From Phoronis australis (taxonomy: Eukaryota > Animalia > Phoronida), in NCBI GenBank assembly GCA_002633005.1, contig NMRA01000328.1, positions 380,134 through 444,133 on the forward strand: a DNA stretch of 64,000 nucleotides. The letters run 5' to 3'. The notes beneath the pieces were generated by a model. It worked only from the letters and a program-made list of their open reading frames with translations. It made no database searches and was not told the DNA's origin. The position numbers and the translations under genes were made by a program. Shown piece after piece: positions 38,699 through 51,770 of this stretch (positions are counted from its first letter, which is position 1; every line of letters starts with the position of its first letter).

Positions 38699-39575
38699 AT
38701 TCCGGGCCAATTCTCTGAAACGTCAAACTTATAAATTTTAGTACTATTATGGTAGTACATAAGGTGTGATACATAGTATCAGCTATGTCTAAGCATTATG
38801 TGTTCTGGTAGTTTTAAACAATATATTTAATTTGCCGTATCTCAGGTACTAATAACATTCCTTGTAAATGAGGATGGCTTTTTTGAGGCACAGCTGTAAC
38901 GGGGTCTTATGTTAAAATATCTGTCAATTTCTGTATGATCTTTTCAAGTCTTTGTATACTCACCGACGTCATGGTAAGAGTTGGCATTGCATTTCCATTT
39001 GATTTCATTTAAAAATATGTCTTGAGTTTTCAACTTAGTGTACTCCAAAATATCTTGGAACTTCCAACTTACCCACAGATTAGCAGAAAGATGCATAAGA
39101 ATTGTTTCAACAGCCATATCATTCTTAAGTGTTCCACAGACCTCTAGATCTCTTCCTGTCATTGGTGACATCTAATATTTTAAACACCTCGTGAAAAGCT
39201 CAAGGTGGCTTGTGCACAATTAAAGAATCTTTCTGGTGCATATGTTAGCCAATAACTTGCTTGGTACTTTTATTATGTCTGTAACATGACAACATAATTG
39301 AGAACATTTGTTATTTGGATGCGAGATATCGGCCAGTCAAGTCATCCAAAGAATGCATAATCTTGAAAAAATATGAAGGTCTTGCATTCTTTAGTGTCCT
39401 AAAATTCTGTAACAAAAGGCAAGGGCAAGATTTGGAGGGGATTCTGTTGCAAAACCTGGTCTCTTGTTGTGTACTTACAAATGCAAGTGTAGTCAATGAA
39501 TAAAAACACTGAAATAGACAAGTTTAATATACTGGTGACAGTCAGCTGTAAGTGCTCTTTGTACATTTCTTTTGG

Positions 39576-39591
39576 AATAAACAAGTTTATT
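39576..39591. terminator. Back-to-back polyadenylation signals between convergent MGST3 and ASCC3
   Basis: AATAAA-caag-TTTATT. A GT-rich tract follows on the + strand. Confidence 0.45.
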
Positions 39592-40101
39592 GTGTTGTGA
39601 ATGCTTGTATTCTAGACTTCAGATGACGTGCTGCCATTTACACCAACATTTAGTCGTATATTAAAACATGGTAGACATAGACTCTTCTAATCGATCAAAT
39701 GCTCTATATTTTATTTATAAATTTTTGGGATCAAAACCTGAGCTTTAGAACTTTCCCTAGGAGTAGTGAGCTTACCACTGAATCGTGGGTTCACAATATG
39801 ACAAAACAGACTACAACTTACACATTTTCCTACTGCAATAAATATGTGAATCAAAACTTCAACTCATCTTCACCAAATACGCCAAGAGATGATAAAAAAC
39901 AGCAGTGCTAACACTGGGAAGTTTAAAAAACAGTAGAGATTGTCCAAATAGAAAGAGCTTTTTTACATCCAAATGGCAACAAGTGAAGGGATCTGTCGTC
40001 ATTCGTCAGCTTAAGTTGTCATTGGTGACAGATGGTCAAATGTAGAGGCTGTATTCATTTACACATGTATTAGTCCATCACAGTTGTGGCCTTTTGTGTT
40101 G

Positions 40102-40425
40102 TCACTCTTCAAAACTCAGTTCGTCCAGTTCTCCTTTCAACTCTGTATTCACTTGAGCCTCTATGCTTGGTGGTACGACATCCAAACAAATGTCGTACTG
40201 CTGATCAAGACCAAGATACGAGTCGCTCATCAGATACAATGTGTAGATCACACGGCCGGTCTCCTCTGGAGTGTAAAATGCCAGTTGCTGGGAGGACTGC
40301 CCATGTACATAGCCCACTCTCTTCAAAGCCATCAATTCTTGATTCTCAATGTCGCCAAGTACCAAGAACCAGCCTTCATCTTTTGGTTTTGGAAAGTTGG
40401 GCGCATAAGCTTTGCTGTCTTTCTT
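40102..40425 (-). CDS. ASCC3: ASCC3 last coding exon (C-terminal Sec63 domain)
   Basis: KKDSKAYAPNFPKPKDEGWFLVLGDIENQELMALKRVG...YTLYLMSDSYLGLDQQYDI...*. Confidence 0.97.
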   Translation of the reverse strand, partial: KKDSKAYAPNFPKPKDEGWFLVLGDIENQELMALKRVGYVHGQSSQQLAFYTPEETGRVIYTLYLMSDSYLGLDQQYDICLDVVPPSIEAQVNTELKGELDELSFEE

Positions 40426-40915
40426 CTGAAATTGAACAATTGAATGGCACTTTCTACAGAGAACTACACCTATGACAACAATTATAAATCCATAATTTCA
40501 GTATTAAGGCCATAGAAGACCAAAAATGATAAAAGATAACACATTTTATTCAAGTTCTTTGATTATGATACATTGTACTTGTGTATCTCATTTCAACACA
40601 ATTTGGATACACCGCAAAAAGTTAAAGAATGGGCATCTTGAAAATTCAATGGGTGGCAGCAGTGAGACGAAGGTCCAACCAGTAGAAATACAATAACATT
40701 CAAGTAGTCGCGCAGATGTTGATAAACTGCTTTATGCTCTGGCTTTATTCAGATGTTAAACTGAGGGGACGTTCTTTGCATGAATGGTGAGTTGCCCACT
40801 GGCAATAATGAAAATACATAGCATGCAAGAACATATTGTTAAAAGACTAAGAAACCTGTGTGATAGAACTGGACAATTACTCGCCAAAGAAAATTTTTAT
40901 GTTTTTCATTATTAC

Positions 40916-41007
40916 CTTGTGTTTGTTGACCCTGACAAGGTTTATGTTCAGGACGTATTCCTGGTCTGCATGAACTCGTAACCAATCGGAGTCTGGACGC
41001 ACGCCTC
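40916..41007 (-). CDS. ASCC3: ASCC3 exon
   Basis: 92 bp: GVRPDSDWLRVHADQEYVLNINLVRVNKHK (human HADQEYVL). Confidence 0.93.
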
Positions 41008-41679
41008 CTGTTGGACAAGCATGGTACAATATATAACAGTACTAGAAAGTACACCTACATTAATATGGAGAGGGCCTGAGGTCTACTCTTTGTATCTGAA
41101 GTTTGGCATTTTTTGTCCAATTTTATGGGGATTCAAGATAAATGGCTCTAATTCTGTGCTTGTTTTGGTTTATGTATATCAGTTTATAGTTCAAGTATTC
41201 ACCTGATGGCCCCTTGATTTGAGAACAAGCTCTAGTAAAAACTCAAAATTTTGAATAACAACTCCAAATTTGAGTTCAAACCCATAGTTTATTGCTAGGG
41301 TCATCAAGTGCAAACCATAACATACTTGAACAAAGAATGATTGTCTGTTACCTTGAGTTTGCACAAATGTAAAATGAAATATGCCAAAGATAATTTCGAT
41401 TTAGAGTCCTTCGATTAGACTGTGAGCCCAGGACTGTTACAACAGACACAAATCAGACAGAGATTTGTCTCAATGGAATATGACTAAGCAAGCGATGCAA
41501 GTAAACACTCAGATATAGTTCATAAGGGCAGAGCGAGAACCGTGCCTTCAACTGTATAGATGTATCAGTAAGTTTGACTTTGTCAATTTTTCATTCACAA
41601 ATACTGAGCAGTGGTAAGTCCCCCACCAAAGAGGTCAGTACCCCACCACAGTGGTTGTTAAATAACCAGAACAACGTAA

Positions 41680-42530
41680 AACGTTTTAACAAGTGGCCAC
41701 GACTGGAGCACAGATGGTATGTTTCTAGGGGTGTTTATTAGTAAAAAAATGGCCATGGTGCAGAATATGTCGAACACATCGAATAAAATGGAAAGTCACC
41801 TACTCCTGAACAGGAAACAATTTTCCAACTATCATGAAAACCCATCAAGGAACTTCTAAAACACAGAGGGTAATGAAAAAAAATGCCACTAGGAGAAGTA
41901 ATATTTGGATCTGTACATCTGTTGTCAAGTTAATAGCAATAACCTGCGTATCCAAAAGATGATGCAAAGGTTCAGGAGCTACCGCCATAGATACAAAAAA
42001 TGACAGTTGGGGGCACCACAAAAGTTGGACCCATCTGAAAAATTGTGCTCATGCTCTTGTCAGTGGGAATACCTGTCAATTTTCATAATAAACCTTTGAG
42101 CTGTTGGGCACACACAGACTGAGGAAGACAACAAAAATCAAATATAAATGGCAGCTATATGGCACAGAATATGACAAATCTGTCCCAAAATGGAAAAGTG
42201 CTGTTGTCCTGATAATGGAAACTTGTTTGCCAAATTTCACGAAAAACCAAGGGAAGCTGAAGATAAAGAGGTAAACTTAAAAATAAAATTGCCACTAGGG
42301 GAAACAACAGTAATTAGAACCTCCAAAAGTTGTAGGCAACCATTGTCACATTGATAAGAAAATACTTGCAAAATTTCGCAAACATCCTACAAAAGATTAA
42401 GAAGCTACACCAGTGGACGGAAAAAAGACAAAATCACCAATAGGGGACACCACATTTTTCAGAGCCAACCAAAAAATAACGCTGGCCATGGTCTTCTCAT
42501 CAGGAACACATTTGCTAAGTGACCTCCCTT
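41680..42530 (-). mobile_element. Decayed HINE-type repeat array in an ASCC3 intron
   Basis: Recurrent gccactagg(g/a)g motifs and aaattt(c)/gcca blocks in the orientation opposite to the SRM-intron copies. Boundaries are approximate. Confidence 0.55.
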
Positions 42531-42604
42531 GATGTTGGAATGGGTGATGCATTAACACTCATTACACACACACACCCCTCATGGTACTGGCACAGGCAAC
42601 TTAC

Positions 42605-42719
42605 TGTTCATGTCAGTGTGCAGATGTCTGACTTGTTCTCTGTCACTTCCATCGTCCCACCAACCCTTCACTGACATTGAGACATCAATGACAGGCAGCT
42701 GGATAAGCACTTTGTAAAT
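42605..42719 (-). CDS. ASCC3: ASCC3 exon
   Basis: 115 bp: IYKVLIQLPVIDVSMSVKGWWDDGSDREQVRHLHTDMN. Confidence 0.93.
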
Positions 42720-43347
42720 CTGGTAGTAAACACAAAGAATGAGCCATTGTCTGACCCACACAGGAAGTGACTGACACTCATATTTATAGTTTTACTGTAA
42801 TGTTCTGTATGTACCTAATTCAATATATGGGCGGAATTTAACATTCCAAGGGGCACTGGACTATATTTTGAGGGAAAGAGTACACCTGGAATACCCACTC
42901 AGAGAGTGTATTTGAAAAAGGGACTCACTTGTTGGGAACTACCATGAAAAAGTTGCCTTTTGGTAGTATTATTTTGGGAGCACCGCCCTTTTGTAGGAAT
43001 TAATTCCATGAAACAATTGTTTGTAGGGATTTTAGACAGTTGTCGTTTTATTTTAACTCCCTTAAGTGTGAAAACAGCACATGTACATAGCATGTTTTCA
43101 AAAATTAGTACATGTCTATTGCACTGGAACTTTAAGAAAATTTTAAAAACCTGTAGTTTACTGTATTGCTCGGGACCATAAATGAGACACGGTGACAAGG
43201 CAATTTGAAGAGCCTGGTCTTGAGCAATGATGCATCGCCACTTCTTCTCAACTCGAGAAATCATTTCTAAGAGATCAATTTCACGATGGTAAGTGATATA
43301 AATGAAAAATTGGTTCTGTGATGGAAAGCAGGTTTCTGAATACAAAC

Positions 43348-43447
43348 CTGGTCTATTTGATTGGGAGACAAGTCGTCTCCTAGACAGCGTGCGACATCTT
43401 TTGTCTGCCTACAAGCAGCCATCACCTCGGGGAGACAGTCCATGGAC
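43348..43447 (-). CDS. ASCC3: ASCC3 exon
   Basis: 100 bp: SMDCLPEVMAACRQTKDVARCLGDDLSPNQIDQ. Phases fit both neighbours. Confidence 0.88.
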
Positions 43448-44331
43448 CTGTGAAAAAAAAAAGAAATGTTCTAAGCTGTGTGAAAAAAACTGTTAGTATA
43501 CAATGAACCCTCGACATAACTTCACTATAATACACTCATTGACATATCATTAAAATAACGTTTTTTTACTTTGGTAATAAAGTTAAGATGGTGGACCAAC
43601 AAACATTGAAAGATGAATGTTGGAATACTAATCACTGACCGAGGATACATGTCACTAGTCTGCAGGTTCACTATTCCAAGCTGAAGGGTTCACCACTCTA
43701 AAAGTTCACTCCTCTGAGTGTCTGCTAATTAGTAAGACAGATCTGACATGAATAAAGTACTGTATTTGTGTCCATTTAGTGAAGACTGGCAGAGTAGGGT
43801 AGCCTACAACATGTACTTTTGACTCGGCCATGCGCGTGGTTCGGATCAATGGGTGAGGTTGATGCCCAACGGAAAAACTTTTCTGTCACGCTGTGAAATG
43901 TTGCAACCGGCACGTGGGTTTGGCGACTGCTGTATTGTCGTTGATAATTCATTAATTTTGCTACTCCATATTCTTTCAAAAAATGCATGTTCATACTCCT
44001 TTTTCGGTATTTCTTTGAAGCCAATTTGCACAAACATGAAATCCAAAGTGTACTAGTACCTGAGCTCTCTTCTTCCTCAGTGTCTAGTATCGTGCAGTTT
44101 TGTATGTAGAAGTATAAAAAAATTCCAAAGTTTTACATAATTCACTGCTGTGAAATTTTACATAATCTTAGAGAAGTGAACCTTCCCCAGTAGTGAACCT
44201 CTGGAGTTAGTGGGCAATTCCCACTGAAAGTTGGAAAGGCCATACACCAAACGAGAATAAAAGAATACTTCAAGGTACCAGGGTCAAAGACACGAAGCTG
44301 TCTTGTGACCTCTGGTGGGTAAAAGCATCAC

Positions 44332-44483
44332 CTGAAGGACTGGAGATGGAATGGCTGGATATGTGGTAACGTAAGCAGAGTGTTGTCATACCACCATCTA
44401 CCCTGAATAGTCATCTGAATGATGTTGATAATACGCAGAGCCGTCACAAGCCACCCACTGTCAGCGGATACATCCAGAAGAGC
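44332..44483 (-). CDS. ASCC3: ASCC3 exon
   Basis: 152 bp: ALLDVSADSGWLVTALRIINIIQMTIQGRWWYDNTLLTLPHIQPFHLQSF. Confidence 0.96.
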
Positions 44484-45003
44484 CTGCGACAAACAGCATG
44501 CAATACATTAACTAAGTATGCGGTGCAAAGTATGCCACTATCCAGTCGACATAACTATGTATGGTGGTCACTAGTTAAACAGACTGATCGCAAGGACGGG
44601 TTATATGGACCTTCTGCATAGGGAACACTGCTTTTCCTGATCTACCCGAGTGATTGGTATTTATTTGTTTTATCAACACTCGACTGATGCTTCATAAGTT
44701 TCCTCTATTTTTGTCTTTTATAAGATTGACATGTTTTTACCTGCTTGATGTTCTAGCATTGCCTGATTGCTTTGGAAACACCTATAAAGGAGATAGTCTC
44801 TACAGCAACTGATTTAGCCACTTCACAAATACCAACCTCTTGAAAAGTGATATTACATCACCTCATAATACCTCGTACTGTGTTTAAGACAACTTTCAAA
44901 AGTATAAGTATCAGTGGTCACGTCAGAACCTACAGTTAATGCAAAGTAGTTGGTAGAGTATTAGGCACTTCACCAGAGTGTTTGTTAAAGACCTCCGACA
45001 GAC

Positions 45004-45172
45004 CTGACAAATCCTGATAGCTTGGTCCATGACTGACTTGGTGTCAGTCAGGTAGTCAGACGATGGTAACTGTAGTCGTGAGTAATGGGCTTGTAGCAAG
45101 ATATGAGTCTTGGTGTGAGAGTCGTCGTACGCATACTGATTCACTTCAAATGGGATACGCTGGGCTAGGTCA
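45004..45172 (-). CDS. ASCC3: ASCC3 exon
   Basis: 169 bp: [56 protein letters not shown]. Confidence 0.97.
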
Positions 45173-46352
45173 CTGGAATTACAAGAGAGTTGTAAAGTAC
45201 CCGAGTGAAACAGTACTAACTATTACAGTCACAGGTGGAGACAGGTGTGAAGTTGTAGATGATCATTTATTGCAAAATATCCCCAATTTAGAACAAAACA
45301 TGCAAGTAAAACCTTATTTTAAAAACCTCAAGTCTTATTTCAAATAATGACAGTGATAATAATTTAAGCCGTTTTCATGCAACTGTGTTGTGTAGGCTGG
45401 TATTGTCGAACAGTACCTGTGGTCACTGACAGTAATTTTAAAAACTCTTCAAACATGAAAAACCACAATACTGGATATCACTTTGTAAACTTGTTGCATT
45501 TTACCACTCAGTATGTCCTTATCAAATTTAAACAACAAACATTACTAGAGTGACACTTCAGAAAAAGAAGATGGCAATGAAGTTTGATCTTTTGACTTGC
45601 AAATTAAATTTAACTTCTTAAATGGGTTTATCATTATGATTTTGCTCTGTCGTTTCTATATTACCCACCTTGAGGGTTTATTTTATTTATACGTGGTAAC
45701 TGCGAAGCGATACCGAAGCTAGTTTACAGTGAAAGAACACATAAGGATGAGATAAAAGGTCATATATATTATGACAAACTAAACAACTACAGATATCAAT
45801 AAAAAGTTGTATAATAACTGTTAAGCTGTAAAGGTTGTGACAATCTGCACTATACTACTACAGGTATTGATAAATACAAATTATTTTATATTACTCATTC
45901 CTATTTATAACCACTATGTACTACTTTAGTATTCATACACCTCCCTACTCGTTATCTCATTGGTCAGTTACTTCTCCTTTGTGTCAGCCATCTATAATGT
46001 CTCACGCATTAGGCCTGCTGTGTTTTACCAAACTATTTTTCCTATTTTATCAATTTTTTTGTTAGGCTTTTCAGGCGTTTTCTTCATAGCTCCTTCAAGT
46101 TTGTTGTTCTTCTGTTTACTCTGGACACTTCTATGTAAACGCCATAGGCGTTTTTTTTACCAAATGGATTTTGAAGAATCTTGTTTTGTAGTACTTTTGC
46201 ACTTCCGTCACAATGCATGACATTCTACAATTCACGTCTAGTTTTACTCTGCAAGTTAGCTAGTCACACATCACAGGCAGAATAGATTCCGATAAAACAG
46301 TCACCAAATGGACCAAGACAGGCATTGACTGCATTGAATATTGAATACAAAC

Positions 46353-46408
46353 CTATTTATTTGATCTTCGTTATGCCGAACAGGCAGCTCGGAATATTCA
46401 TCAGCATT
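46353..46408 (-). CDS. ASCC3: ASCC3 exon
   Basis: 56 bp: NADEYSELPVRHNEDQIN. Confidence 0.96.
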
Positions 46409-46606
46409 CTGAAATGGGATTCACAAAAACATGTGTAGATTCAATATGCACTTCATGAATTGTAATATTAATCAATATATTGCTGGATTATGTTTAACAG
46501 ATGTTGAACTAATTTTGTTTTTACACATAGCTTTGTTTTATTGGATTAATCCAACTTCATGCAATTCAGAATCAACTGTGACAGTTGAAAAGCTAGAGTG
46601 ACTTAC

Positions 46607-46741
46607 GGCAAGGATTTCAATGAGCTTGGTCATTGACGAATCAGACTCCAGCTCATCTCTGAACATTCGCACTGTTTCATGACTCAGGTAATAGTAGGAT
46701 GATATACGCCCCAATGTAGAGGTGTTAATGGTCCGATTATC
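46607..46741 (-). CDS. ASCC3: ASCC3 exon
   Basis: 135 bp: DNRTINTSTLGRISSYYYLSHETVRMFRDELESDSSMTKLIEILA. Confidence 0.96.
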
Positions 46742-46949
46742 CTGAAGAACAACACATTTGGTTACTATATCATTAGGCAGTTGTTAAAAACCAGGGCTGT
46801 GCGCTTTGTAAACCACAAGACATTAGTTTGAACTTGAGGCGAAAAATCGTTTATGGAACAGAAAGTGAATTCAATCCCACAATTCAACACTAGAACCTCA
46901 CCGACCAATCACTTCAGTGGCAGCCATTTTGCCAGTAAAGGCTTGTAAG

Positions 46950-47431
46950 CAAGGTACAAACTACACAGTTAACGGACTCATAAACACGGTCACGGGCGTA
47001 TGAACACGACTCACGTACCTGCAAACACCGTTCACTGACTCACAAACACAGGAACGGACTCACAAAACATGATCCATTCACCCAAATGCACGGGACACAG
47101 ACTCACATTCACGAAGAAACATGATTAACAGATCGCTAAACATAGTTTACGAACAAAATGTAGATGTCAGCTGACCCAGGAAGCCGATGAGTCCATGACC
47201 CGTGTTTATGGCATGCTTTATCGGTGTCAACCATGTTTGGCGGTCCGTCAACCGTGTTTCTTCGTGAATGTGAGTCCGTGTCCCACGTATTTTGGGTGAA
47301 TGGATCGTGTTTTGTGAGTCCGTTCTTGTGTTTGTGAGTCAGTGAACGGTGCTTTCAGATACGTGAGTCGTGTTCATGCATCCGTGACCATGTTTGTAAG
47401 TCCGTTAACCATGTATAGTTTAGGTACCTTG
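46950..47431. mobile_element. Foldback MITE with ~180-bp TIRs and 5-bp TSD
   Basis: gtaag|CAAGGTAC...GTACCTTG|gtaag. Arms ~46950-47130 and ~47247-47431 are near reverse complements. Confidence 0.9.
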
Positions 47432-47499
47432 GTAAGCTACTGAGCATACTTGCTTTTCACTCGCCTAATTTTGCGAAGTCTTGCTTTTCTCACAAGAAA

Positions 47500-48160
47500 T
47501 TAGGTATAGGTAATGCTTTTCTGGACAGTCGCATGTTTCTGTCATACCACAGAAAAAAAACAAAACTAGGTGTAAAATGTGTAACTTCATCAACGATAGC
47601 ACTTTTTTCCAGTCTTCCCAAACCAATGAAAACTTTGAAATAAAACATTATTCTGATTGCACCACCAACAATATTATTTACCTTATAACTTGTAAAAAAT
47701 GTTCTATCCAATACATAGGACAAACTCAACATAATCTACAAACTCGGTTTCGTAAGCATAGATTTAACATAATACATAAAAACATTTCTGATACTATAGG
47801 TAATCATTTCAATTCCAAAAACCATAATATTCAAGATCTTTCTGTACAAATAATAGAAAAACTCCAACACCCCAGTACCCCTCACAGACTTAAAAGAGAA
47901 CAATATTGGATAGACAAGCTGAATACAATAGAACCTCATGGATTGAACATAAAAACTTCTTAAAATATGTCATTGAATTTTTTACGCAAAAATGTATCAT
48001 TTTCATTACACCATATCTTATATGTCAATTGTCATTTTGTGTTTGATTTTACTTTATTTCTGTTTTTGTTGATAAAGGAAGTTGTTACATCCGAAAATTT
48101 CAAATTTCAGTTGAACCATTCTTGTTGTTTTATTTACCGATTTATATATGTCATACCACA
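47500..48160 (+). mobile_element. 5'-truncated Penelope-like retroelement: GIY-YIG endonuclease and 3' region
   Basis: ORF 47577-47963: CKMC...NIIYLITCKKCSIQYIGQT...RFRKH...NHFNSKNH...IIEKL...REQYWIDKLNTIEPHGLN. Confidence 0.9.
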
Positions 48161-48428
48161 TAATATTAAAATTCAGTTCCAGCAAGGCTAATCCTCAGAA
48201 ACAAGTCAAGTTAAAATAATGTGTGAAGAAAATGGAAGTATGTTTTAATATGCTGATCTGAAATTAAAAAATTTTTAAAAAACATTATTCACTAGAGTGC
48301 AGTTTAATTTCGTACAATGAGTTATAGTGTTGTCCCACAAATCACAAAACTCCACACCAGTAACAGATCTTCTACCCAAATGTTATGTATATATCACTTG
48401 ACATGAATACAGGCTATGACGAACCTAC

Positions 48429-48540
48429 CTCTTCAATTTCAATACAATACGAGGACTCCAGCTCAAGTAGGGCATTCTCCACAAGTGAAGATAAGAAGAG
48501 ATTTATACTCTCGTGATCTGTGTTCTCCAGTTTGTAGAAG
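48429..48540 (-). CDS. ASCC3: ASCC3 exon (most 5' exon visible in the window)
   Basis: 112 bp: FYKLENTDHESINLFLSSLVENALLELESSYCIEIEE. Confidence 0.96.
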
Positions 48541-48917
48541 CTGAAATATATAAGAAACATTTCTCAATATTATTTTACTTCTGAATATGCGTATTTTAGT
48601 GTACAACATTAAAAACTTGGCAATAAAACATTTTACTTAGAAAATAAAAAGTGGACATATACAAATTAACCACACATCAAAAGAACTAGAATTTAAACTT
48701 TTATAAGCATACTGTTAATGACCATGTATGTTCATGACTTCGAACCTCAATGCATACGTCATCCAGCTCGAAAAAAAAAACCCTGTCCTAAATAGACAAA
48801 TCACCAATACATTCATTGTGTTATAAACAAACTTGGGGCTCAGTTGAAGTTGTGCACTTGTAAAACATAGGAACATGGAAATTAAAAAGGTTATCATGTA
48901 TGCTCTCAACATGCTGT

Positions 48918-49293
48918 TCACACACAGACCTATCCTGAAACAATTACACGTGGAACTACTTGTTGCTAAGTTTGGGGGCTGTCTGGAAACTGTTTGAGAG
49001 CAACGTGCCCTACTTGTACCAACTGTAATGATTTATCCATCTTGTCCAGGTATGAAGGTAACTTGTTCTGGGTATGAAATAAATTATCAGCCACACCGGT
49101 TGCAGGTTGCGGTTGCGTAGCGCAGTGACATACATATCGGTCAACACCCTGAAATCCTGCCATCCGATGCAAAGCGACACATGAACAGAGTGACAACTTA
49201 TGCCTTGTACCAGATAAGGGATATATGTTCGTAGATGCTCCACTTAGGGTGAAGCAAGTTCCACTCAAGTTGTGTTCTATAGTAAGTCTGTGT
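48918..49293. mobile_element. Short TIR element (cacacagac... / ...gtaagtctgtgt); relative at 55028-55345
   Basis: Similar termini and internal caactt/aagttg motifs in both copies. Confidence 0.45.
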
Positions 49294-50684
49294 ATAGAGA
49301 GGAATGAATAACAAAATCATTCCAACACATGCCAAGAATTGTAGGATCACTTGGCTTACATCAAAATCCAGCTGCTGTCTTTATGGTGGTTGGGTAATTG
49401 TCCTAATTTTGTTGCACTCCCATTAAATTCATGAGGAACAAAATATGGAAACATTATATAAACATTTTAGGTTGTAAAAGTCACATTTCTTGCCTGATTT
49501 TCAAAATTCAAAAACCAATCACATATACTTTTATTCAAATAAGACATTTGCAAAATGAAAATTTAAAAATATTATTTTCGGGCCCCAGTGTGTTCATGAT
49601 GGGTCTGATAATCTAAGGAACGATATCTCAGCCGCATTAAGGCGATGTGATCAACTACAACAGCATCGTGTCCTCGACCACTGAATGCCAACAGATTTTA
49701 AAATACACAAACCAAATCTCCAACCGTGAGGTTGTCAACGTAGGATTCTTTCCACAATCTTCAGAAGAATACTAAAACTAGATTGACCAACTTGAATATA
49801 TAGTGACTGGATGTCATGCTCAACTCATCACATCAGATTTTGGTATATTTGGAGACAAAATACATATGCTCACATTTGTTGCAAAGTGTATCTGTTTCAT
49901 GGAAACAAGATAGTAAATTTAGCACAATTAATGACCAGTAATACATCAATTAAGACGCATTAAAACAATTAAATGCAAATCAACACACATTACATGCCCA
50001 CAAAAACACAGGTAACTTAATGTTTGTAAATTATTTCCAAAATGTCAACTGATAAGCTATTAACAGCTGTACCAGGTCCTACCATACTCAGCCTTAGACT
50101 TAATGTGAAGTGCATTCTAAACATATTGATTGTTGCAGGTATGCCAGGGCAGGGCGGGGTTAGTACTGACTGAACCTGTGGCGCAGTCACTGGCACGGTA
50201 CTACACTACCATTGAAACAGTAGTCAAACTGAAGGAGTATTTCAGAACCTGCCATTCGTTTGGCTATCAGTCTTCATCAGAAAGGCATCGGTGATTCATC
50301 CAAAATGTTACCATGATGGTTGTTTACCTGCATTGTCAAGTGCACCCATCTAATCTCAGACTGAACATAGAACAGCTTCAGCCATGTGTTATGCAATCAG
50401 CCACATGAATGCATGTTGAGGGCATAGCAGGTATTGTTACACCTATTCAGGTTCAGCAAGGTTTTGTTTGCTGACCAATGAAGGGAACTGACAACTCACT
50501 ATTTATACAACAGTGCAGAGAAGAAACCACTGAGGAGTGCCAGTGTTTAGCCATTGTGCTGTGGCAATCTGGGCGGAGAGGTTTGATTTGTTTAGGGTGT
50601 ATACACATTGCTCTGGTGTACAGGACTAGAGATCCGAGGGCAGTAAAGGAAGGACAGATTCGAGGGCAGTAAAGGAAGGACAAA

Positions 50685-50787
50685 ATGGTGAAGAAAAAAG
50701 GATTACTAGATCATATCTTATTTGGATTATTTGTCTTGTTCGTGTCAGCACCCCAATGTCAAACATCTCCTAAAGAGCAACCAGAAA
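50685..50787 (+). CDS. Nested receptor gene exon 1 (signal peptide)
   Basis: caaaATG...GAA A|gtatgt: MVKKKGLLDHILFGLFVLFVSAPQCQTSPKEQPE. Basic N-region and hydrophobic core; the phase 1 end fits exon 2. Confidence 0.75.
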
Positions 50788-51770
50788 GTATGTACTCCTG
50801 CGTGTAATTTAATAACTCGTGACGTACTAATAAAAGGGGCTATACCCCTTCACTGTCTTCCACCGCAAAATCTTACATTTTGATTTAGACCACATTCTGA
50901 GCATGGTTCCAATCAATAATATTTAGCAAACTCAGACATCACATATTGTTAACTTGAGTGAGGCATAAGTTGACAACAACTGAAGTACTGTAGAAAGGTG
51001 GTCAAATCACAAGTTAGCCTCTAGGACCCAACTCGGGGGTTTACAGCATTGAATCAGTATGATTGTGTTAAGGCTTTTCAGGACTGTGAAAGCTAACCAG
51101 GTAAAATGCAATGTTTAGAAATAACACAACTAAAAACAACTATGACTGCATTTGAAATTTCTTTTCCTAAAGGCAATGATTCTATGGTACTAGCTAGAAT
51201 TTATTATGTGTTCTGGGAACAGGGCATCCTATGAACACCAACAGGGGCATTCTTCAATGAAAACCTTAACTAAGGCCTGGCACAGTTGTGACATATAGAA
51301 CACGAAAACATACCCGAGTCAATACGAAAAGTCAACATGTGTTTAAGTATTAAAGAACCTGTCAGTATGAGACCATGTTTACTTTGAGACCAAGCAAAAT
51401 ACAATTGTGTCGTTCCTAATCAGTCTCCAGGTCACAATACCTGAACACTGGATAAAAAAATTTTGCTTGTGGTCATTATTAATATTTCACTTCCTATTTT
51501 TGGCTATTTTTCAAATAAAAACAGAAGGACAAATATAATGGCTTGGATCAAAACATTGCCATAGTCACCAGCATCTGTATTTAAAGCAGAACATCCGGAT
51601 ATAAAGTGGGACACTTTGGGCTATGCCAAAACAAAAGTTTTAAATGTTTACTACAACACCCGAAAACACCCCAAAAGTGTTTAAAAAAAGGTAGACCAAA
51701 TTCACCCTACATGGCCTGTGGAAAGGTCTTGGTATATTTTATTTCATAACGATACGATGCCAGCTGCACG

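Noticed and set aside
38700-39600. Alternative MGST3 last (TM4) exons mirroring the variable first exons
   Set aside because: No second DP.KR-type hydrophobic exon was found.
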